Shown here: positions 57,105 to 64,000 of the stretch, one piece after another
Numbering within the stretch: the first letter of the stretch is position 1
Layout: every line of letters starts with the position of its first letter
From: Eledone cirrhosa
Taxonomy: Eukaryota
Direction: 5' to 3'
NCBI GenBank assembly: GCA_964016885.1
Contig: OZ024744.1
Coordinates: 45,632,001 to 45,696,000 of the forward strand
Length of the DNA stretch: 64,000 bases
Program-made: the position numbers and the translations under genes
Notes under the pieces: model-generated
Told to the model about the DNA's origin: nothing
What the model saw: only the letters and a program-made list of their open reading frames with translations
Databases searched by the model: none

Positions 57105-57492
57105 AAACGAGCAACGATGGTTTCTGGACACTACGGCTTAATACGGGATGTTTGTTTACAAAAACACCGAGCATTATAATAAATGTTCGGTGAATCTATA
57201 CGTACATATATATATATATGTGTGCATGTATGTATATATATATACATACTACTTTACGTCTGTATACTTATATGTATCTACGTGTACATACTTATATTTA
57301 AGTAACAGCCGTACTAAGAGTGGGAAATAAAATTTCGTTTCATTTTGTCCGTTTATGGTTTTCGGTGCACCCGGCCGATTAACCCACTCGATGTGCAAAT
57401 TGGGATACTCAGCCTTTAATATGCATAAGGTTCAACAATCTGGCAGGAAGCTATACGTTGATGACGATACACATGTACAGATACAAAGCATA

Positions 57493-57622
57493 TACACATG
57501 CACACATACAACTCAAAATATCCACATCCACACATACAATAACATCCATATCTACACATGCACACATACAACTCAAAATATCCACATGCACACATACAAT
57601 AACATCCATATCTACACATGCA
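57493..57622. repeat. 60-bp minisatellite, ~2.2 copies, with two related internal sub-repeats
   Basis: TACACATGCACACATACAACTCAAAATATCCACAT(C/G)CACACATACAATAACATCCATATC repeats at an exact 60-bp offset. Confidence 0.9.
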
Positions 57623-57750
57623 TGCATGAAGACATACAAACATATGTACCTAGTTGATGTTGTGTATATTCCAATGAGAGTCTTGTGTCTATGTTAGAAA
57701 CTGACTCTCCCTCTACTGACAAAAATTGGTGAAATTATAAAATCAGAAAA

Positions 57751-57969
<219 letters not shown>

Positions 57970-57970
57970 T

Positions 57971-58902
57971 GTATGTACACATTTCTTCTAAGTTTGAATT
58001 TACACCAAATTGTGTATGATTGATTGTATATTTGGTCAGTTTCTACATGCTGTCGAAATGTTGGGTAAATACTCTATTGAGGCCACCGCGAAGAGGCCAC
58101 TTTCGTTTGTTTGTCGGAGATTTCTTCATAGGAGCCTTTATCCTTATAGCTTCGTCTAATTGATTTTTTATATGGTTAATTATGCTGATTGGCAGAGGAA
58201 ATGATATATATTTTATTTATCTAATAATTCTATAGACATGATTTATGATATATTGCTCTGATTATTTAATTTATTAATTCTTCATAGAGCCACAAAGTGA
58301 CCGGTTGTAACATATATAACTTTATGTATATGTGAACCTTTATATTTAATAATCTCCCGTTAGGTTGAGATGCAATTTGGCGATATTTGGCTGCGCTTTC
58401 TAGCAACAAGCCTACCCGCCGTAAGCAACCAATCACATTCTTTCCAACTTGACCACGGCCATATTGTGATTCTAAGCCATTTTTGAATCTAATTTTGGCG
58501 TGATCGCTTTGGAATACTAAGTGTCTATTTTTGAGTTTGTCTCCTAATGAATCCGAACTCTGTGGATTTCCTATTAATTGGATATCTAAAAATACGGATG
58601 AAACCATGGTAGAGATATAATTACGGTATGTACACATTTCTTCTAAGTTTGAATTTACACCAAATTGTGTATGGTTGATTGTATATTTGGTCAGTTTCTA
58701 CATGCTGTCGAAATGTTGGGTAAATACTCTATTGAGGCCACCGCGAAGAGGCCACTTTCGTTTGTTTGTCGGAGATTTCTTCATAGGAGCCTTTATCCTT
58801 ATAGCTTGGTCTAATTAAATTTTTTTATATGGTTAATTATGCTGATTGGCAGAGGAAATGATATATATTTTATTTATCTAATAATTCTATAGACATGATT
58901 TA

Positions 58903-58909
<7 letters not shown>
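57971..58909. repeat. Element with two ~283-bp near-identical direct repeats (57971-58252 and 58626-58909) around a ~370-bp spacer, flanked by (TA)n on both sides
   Basis: GTATGTACACATTTCTTCTAAG...GACATGATTTATGATATA occurs twice at an offset of ~655 bp with few differences. Confidence 0.9.
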
Positions 58910-58939
<30 letters not shown>

Positions 58940-58947
58940 AACGAGTA

Positions 58948-59067
58948 GATTCTAGAACTGCGGGTTCTTCGGACACATGTAATGCTTTCGGAGCAAATTT
59001 TCTCACTGGTGAGAAAATTTGCTCCGAAAGCATTACATGTGTCCGAAGAACCCGCAGTTCTAGAATC
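58948..59067. repeat. Perfect inverted repeat with 59-bp arms and a 2-nt spacer
   Basis: GATTCTAGAACTGCGG...TTTTCTCAC-TG-GTGAGAAAA...CCGCAGTTCTAGAATC; the arms are exact reverse complements. Confidence 0.97.
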
Positions 59068-59249
59068 AGACAGATCCACACAATGATCGTGTCTCGAGCT
59101 ATCTGCCGGCGAAACAATTGTAACACACAATAAACTGAGTCTAGATGCATCACTGATTTTTCGTTTTATATTATATCACACTCTGCTCTGTAAGAACATA
59201 GAGTGCTCAACTGGCATACCGCCTATGGAAGCACCATAGCTGCCATTAA

Positions 59250-59279
59250 ACACACACACACATGCACACATACACACAG

Positions 59280-59342
<63 letters not shown>
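59250..59342. repeat. (CA)n-(TA)n microsatellite
   Basis: Directly visible. Confidence 0.95.
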
Positions 59343-59343
<1 letters not shown>

Positions 59344-59663
59344 TTTGTCTTTTTATTTGATTTGCAACATTTTATGTGAAAACGCGTGTTGAAACATATA
59401 TTGTTATAATTTATGATGGGAGGGGAGGGGGTCATGCTATCGATTGAAACACACACACACCTGTTGGTTTTCACTTCAATTTATTATAAATTTCCAGTTG
59501 GTTCATTTGTAACACTATCTGTGACCTCCTCAGTGACTAATTTGTTATTTTTCGTCTCTCCTTTGTTTTATCCTACACCATCATGTTTGTGTGTGTTATG
59601 TGCTCACAACAAAATGAAAGACAAAGGGTCGTCATCAAAAGCAGTTAATCTTCTTCTGAGATA

Positions 59664-59832
59664 AAGGATATAGAAGCCTTCTATGAAGGCATGAGACCTG
59701 ATCAGTAATAACATGAGAGGGATCTATTTTGTTAACAGATAAAAGTGATATTTTTAGACGCTGGAAAGAACACTTTGAAACCGTTTTCAATTCTCCATAT
59801 CTATTGAATCATGATGTCATAAACTCAATTTT
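59664..59832 (+). mobile_element. Degenerate RTE-clade LINE ORF fragment (linker between endonuclease and RT)
   Basis: Translates to DIEAFYEGMR...GSILLTDKSDIFRRWKEHFETVFNSP...NHDVINSI, resembling the RTE motif 'LLTDKxxILxRWxEHFxxxLN' recognised from memory; contains stops and indels. Confidence 0.75.
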
Positions 59833-60515
59833 TTTAGCCTGGAAATACCTGATTTGGACATCAACCCAGTATTTTCCCCCACTCCACAATCATATAGAAC
59901 ATTTATCCTTGCCAAACTCCATTCCTATATCCTTAGAAAACATGGTCACCAGGTCAATATTTTAATTCATACCATTTATATTCCTGGCATAAACATTCAG
60001 GTCATCCACCAATAAGCTATATTTTAGGTTTGTGTTTCTGTGAAACAACTATATATCTTTCAGACTTCAGAATAACGGACAAAGGGTTTACTGACAGAAT
60101 AAATATCACAGAAAGCCTGTATTTTGTATACATACCCCTGTGATATTCTATTTTATCAGTGACACTATAGTCTCCTTTCTCTGAATTTTAATTCAAGTTA
60201 GTGGCCCAGGAAGAAAATATATTTTCTATGGCTTTGATAATGTTATTTCGGACTTTAGCAAGTGCGAAACACTTGTCGTTTTCCTTCGATTCTTCCTTAA
60301 CGCTATTGGTGTTGCTGTTGTCGAGTCCAACAATGTTTATTTTAGCAAATCTTTGCCAGATGAATTCGTAACTTAAAAGGATTTCTCTACGATTTCGAAT
60401 AAAAGAGGGCTTAAATGAATATCACCAGCAAAAGATGAAATTATATAATCAAGGTTGGTAATTTGGCACTATCATTGGAGATATTATTCATCTTCAATTT
60501 CGTGGATAGTTTACT

Positions 60516-60800
60516 TGGTGAGGAGAATGATTTTTGACACCCTGCAGGACAAAAAACAAAACATGACAAAGGGTGGAAGAACTCATAAGAGTCAACGGCC
60601 ATCCAGAATTGTGTAAACATGTGTATATATGTATATACATGTGCGCATGTGTATGTATATACGCGGGGACATAAACACAATCGGGCTGGATACCTGATCG
60701 CGTGGTTAAACCACTGGGAGTGAAGGATCCCTAGCTTTAGTCAGGGCATTCTTCTAGGAGATGGCAACTCAGGAAACTGGGATAACTCTGACATAAAACC
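60516..60800 (+). mobile_element. Interspersed SINE-like / RTE 5'-UTR-like repeat, copy 1
   Basis: Two blocks (60516-60608 and 60712-60800) are clearly homologous to 61750-61917. The CTAGGAGA(A/T)GG-AACTCTGA-AAACC block resembles RTE-related 5' regions. Confidence 0.6.
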
Positions 60801-60870
60801 TGGGCCTCTGTAATTACAGATAATGTTGATCTTTTCTTCTTTTCGGGTTATAGCTACTGTCACTCAGAGA

Positions 60871-60873
60871 GTA

Positions 60874-60909
<36 letters not shown>

Positions 60910-61054
60910 TGTATGTATGTATGTATGTATGTATGTATGTATGTATGTATGTATGTATGTATGTAGGTAGGTATGTATGTATGTATGTATGTATTTAGCT
61001 ATGTATGCAGGTATGTATGTATTATGTTTGGATGTATGTACGTATGTATGTATG

Positions 61055-61088
<34 letters not shown>

Positions 61089-61313
61089 TGTATGTATGTA
61101 TGTATGTATGTATGTATGTATGTATGTATGTATGTATTATGTTTGGATGTATGTATGTATGTATGAATGTATGTATGTATGTATGTATGTATGTATGTAT
61201 GTATGTATGTATATGTATACATACATATATATATACATACATTCATACATATATATATATGTATGTATATATATATATATGTATGTATGTATATATATAT
61301 GTATGTATGTATA

Positions 61314-61349
<36 letters not shown>

Positions 61350-61651
61350 TATATATATATGTATGTATGTATGTATGTATATATATATATGTATGTATGT
61401 ATGTATATATATATGTATGTATGTATGTATATATATATATGTATGTATATATATATATGTATGTATGTATATATATATGTATGTGTGTATATATATATAT
61501 GTATGTATGTATATATATATGTATGTATGTATTATATATATATGTATGTATGTATGTATATATATATGTATGTATGTATGTATATATATATATATGTATG
61601 TATGTATGTATGTATATATATGTATGTGTGTATATATATATGTATGTATGT
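60871..61651. repeat. Compound (TATG)n/(TA)n microsatellite
   Basis: Directly visible; includes the interruption TATTATGTTTGGATG twice. Confidence 0.97.
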
Positions 61652-61653
61652 CA

Positions 61654-61920
61654 GGTCACCACTTGGTGCTACTGGTAACATGTATCCCAGTACAACCTGT
61701 CTCATGGTCGGGTCGTTGGCGACTAAACTGGCAACCCCACCAAGGTTTCTTGGTGAGGAGGGTGACTTTGGACATCCTGCAGGACTAAAAACAAAACCTG
61801 TCAAAGGGCAAAGGAGCTCTTAAGAGTCAATGGCCATCCAAAATCACTGGGAGAGATGACCCCTTAGCCTTTGTCAAGGCAGAATTCTAGGAGAAGGAAA
61901 ACTCTGATATAACACCTGCA
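61654..61920 (+). mobile_element. Interspersed SINE-like / RTE 5'-UTR-like repeat, copy 2 (longer at the 5' end)
   Basis: TTGGTGAGGAG...CCTGCAGGAC...AAGAGTCAA(C/T)GGCCATCCA and CACTGGGAG...CTAGGAGA...AACTCTGA are shared with 60516-60800. Confidence 0.6.
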
Positions 61921-62108
61921 ACTCTGATGGTATCCAATGATGTTGACTTGTTTTTCTTTTTGGTAAATATCATCTTGGTTAAGAGAGTGGGACTGGCTTT
62001 GTGCAGTGCCTTTGCTCACTATAAAAGCTTCACGGCACAGGCATTGCTTTATATCTGGAGATCTCTCTGCACTTGTCGTCACATGGTACCAAAGGCAAAG
62101 CACTATGT

Positions 62109-62258
62109 GTCAATAATTGTCACAAGTGTAGTATTTGTACCAGAGTTTTCAAGTCGCTGGCTGGACTAAAAAGTCACACTCGTTCAGCGCATCGGTAGGG
62201 GTTCTCCTACATGGATATAAAGTAGTGGCCGTACTCGAAAACGAGTTGGCAGCCACCA
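62109..62258 (+). mobile_element. 3' end relic of an RTE-like LINE: C-terminal C2H2 zinc finger, stop codon, short UTR with stem-loop, then microsatellite tail
   Basis: 62127-62198 reads [23 protein letters not shown] (C-x2-C-x12-H-x4-H). The hairpin GTGGC..ACTCG-AAAA-CGAGT..GCCAC (62225-62256) lies immediately before (TGTA)n. Confidence 0.7.
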
Positions 62259-62490
62259 TGTATGTATGTATATGTGTATGTATATATATATATATGTATG
62301 TATGTATATATGTATGTATGTATATATATATGTATGTATGTATGTATATATATATGTATGTATATATATATGTATGTATGTATATATGTATGTATGTATA
62401 TATGTATGTATGCATGTATGTATGTATGTATATATATATGTATGTATGTATGGATATATATATATATATGTATGCATATATATATGTATG

Positions 62491-62524
<34 letters not shown>

Positions 62525-62850
62525 TGTATGTATGTATGTATGTATGTATGTATGTATGTATGTATGTATGGGTATATATATATATGTATATATATGTGTA
62601 TGTATGTATGTATGTATGTATGTATGTATGTATGTATGTATGTATGTATGTATGTATGTATGTATGTATATATGTATGTATATATGTATGTATGTATATA
62701 TGTATGTATGTATATATATGTGTATGTATGTATATATATATATGTATATATGTATATATATATATATGTATGTATATATATATGTATGTATATATATATA
62801 TGTATGTATATATATATATGCGTGTGTGTATATATATATATGTGTGTGTA
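62259..62850. repeat. Compound (TATG)n/(TA)n microsatellite
   Basis: Directly visible. Confidence 0.97.
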
Positions 62851-63649
62851 GGAACGAGTAGGACCCCGACAGCTGAGCTCAAGCCGTTTCAACGGCTAAT
62901 TCTGGACTAAATGAACATTTTTATCCTGGTATTTGAATAGCCGAGCTTCTCAAGGGGTAATTCCATATATGGTAAAAGTGATTGTCACAAGGATTGGTCA
63001 AAAGTTTGTTGTTGAGACATAATAATTCTATGATGGCAATTTGTGGAGGGAAGGGGTAGCTGAACCTGCCAGTAGGAGAAAGAGAGAGAGGGGTGGAGGA
63101 GACCCATTCATGCGTTGATAGTGCCGACTACAGCTGGGCATGAGGTCAAAGAAGATACTAGGGAGGGGGGGGGGGAGGGGGAGGAAGTCGAAACAATAAG
63201 TAGAACGATATGGGGTAAATATATAGAAAAATACCGAGAGTGTTAAAAAGCAATTAAATGTAAAAAAAACAAAACAATTTCTGGTTACTACGACTACTGG
63301 TACTGCTAGGCTAAAGAAAGGTATACTAGGTGGGATGGAATTATAATGAGACCCTTTTAAGAGGTATAAGTAATAAACCAAGTATATCTTACGGTGACGG
63401 GTCAACAAGTGAGGGGCCAAAATACTAAAGAAACTACCACAAAATAATAAATAAAGGTTTCTACCCCAGACACAAGGCCAGCAACCACCCAGGGCAAAAA
63501 AGTAAACTAATACGAAATAATAATTCAGAGTCCCGAAAAAGAATACTAATACTATCTCTAAGGGTGCCGCCACGATACAAAAGTTCTAGTGCAAGCTACA
63601 TAAAAGCTCGTACGAAGTATATGTAAAATTTGATACGTAAAATTAATGC

Positions 63650-63714
63650 ATGTATGTATGTATGTATATATGTGTATGTATGTATGTATATATATATGTA
63701 TATATATATGTATG

Positions 63715-63769
<55 letters not shown>
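63650..63769. repeat. (TATG)n-(TA)n microsatellite
   Basis: Directly visible. Confidence 0.95.
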
Positions 63770-63773
<4 letters not shown>

Positions 63774-63905
63774 AAGTTCTATTTAAAGTTGTTGGGATAC
63801 AACAAGTAAATATTTTTATAACTGATATAAAGCACTCGACAAATTTTTGGAGAAGATATGCGATATTGGTAGATGGAAACTATATTTGTGGAACCATGTT
63901 TGTTT

Positions 63906-63963
63906 CATTGTGCATGTTTCAGGGATGCCACATTGAGTTGTGGTATGCCTTCATCAGACAAGG
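63906..63963 (-). ncRNA. Degenerate type I hammerhead ribozyme unrelated to the array motif (Penelope-like pLTR style)
   Basis: Minus strand reads TTGT CTGATGA AGGCATACCACA ACTCAA TGTGGCATCCCT GAAA CATG-C ACAA. Stem II has 10 of 12 pairs, stem III is ACATG(T), and U16.1 is missing. Confidence 0.72.
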
Positions 63964-64000
63964 TGCAATATATAGCAGTTTTGCAGGTGGGTTTGACGTG

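Larger units (their letters stand above)
1..57469 (+). repeat. Tandem satellite array, ~422-bp monomer, ~135-137 copies, hammerhead-ribozyme-containing (retrozyme-like)
   Basis: The unit CGGCCGATTAACCCACTCGATATGCAAAT...TTTTCGGTGCACC recurs every ~420-426 bp in one orientation. Copy number is estimated as length divided by period. The array runs off the left edge and ends inside the ribozyme core at ~57469. Confidence 0.99.

Noticed and set aside
1-57469. CRISPR array
   Set aside because: There are no unique spacers; whole monomers are homologous, there are no cas genes and the context is eukaryotic.
127-57657. Many 60-125 aa ORFs repeated through the array (MLGVFVNKHPVLSRSVQ..., MYTYIHI...)
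   Set aside because: By-products of the repeat: frames open and close with TA-number slippage, composition is low-complexity and no domain is recognisable.
58074-58105. Hammerhead-like CTATTGA-GGCC...GGCC in the 283-bp repeat
   Set aside because: Neither CUGANGA nor a following GAAA is present on either strand.
58266-58637. 123-aa minus-strand ORF
   Set aside because: No recognisable domain, an in-frame stop lies shortly upstream, and it sits inside a repeat element.
60814-62910. Long YVCM/YIHT ORFs up to 271 aa
   Set aside because: Translations of stop-free microsatellites.
63028-63573. 181-aa hydrophobic minus-strand ORF and G-run at ~63160-63184
   Set aside because: F/L richness reflects the A-rich opposite strand, there is no domain, and the G-run is a simple homopolymer with no supporting context.

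Overview
AT-rich, non-coding eukaryotic (animal-like) DNA; no intact protein-coding gene. Bases 1 to ~57,469 are a head-to-tail tandem array of a ~422-bp monomer (about 135-137 copies, open at the left edge). Essentially every monomer carries a type I hammerhead ribozyme motif on the + strand: long stem I, CUGACGA, a short stem II, GAAA, a palindromic ACUAGU stem III and a GUA cleavage triplet. Monomers also carry an ATGCAAAT octamer, an AAG|GTAAGT motif and several hairpins. The architecture resembles newt satellite 2, Schistosoma Sm-alpha and animal non-LTR retrozymes, here as a >57-kb array with nested multi-monomer duplications. The right ~6.5 kb holds microsatellites, a 283-bp direct-repeat element, two perfect palindromes, RTE-type LINE/SINE relics and a second, unrelated degenerate hammerhead on the - strand. 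Ribozyme activity, host species and novelty cannot be established from sequence alone.
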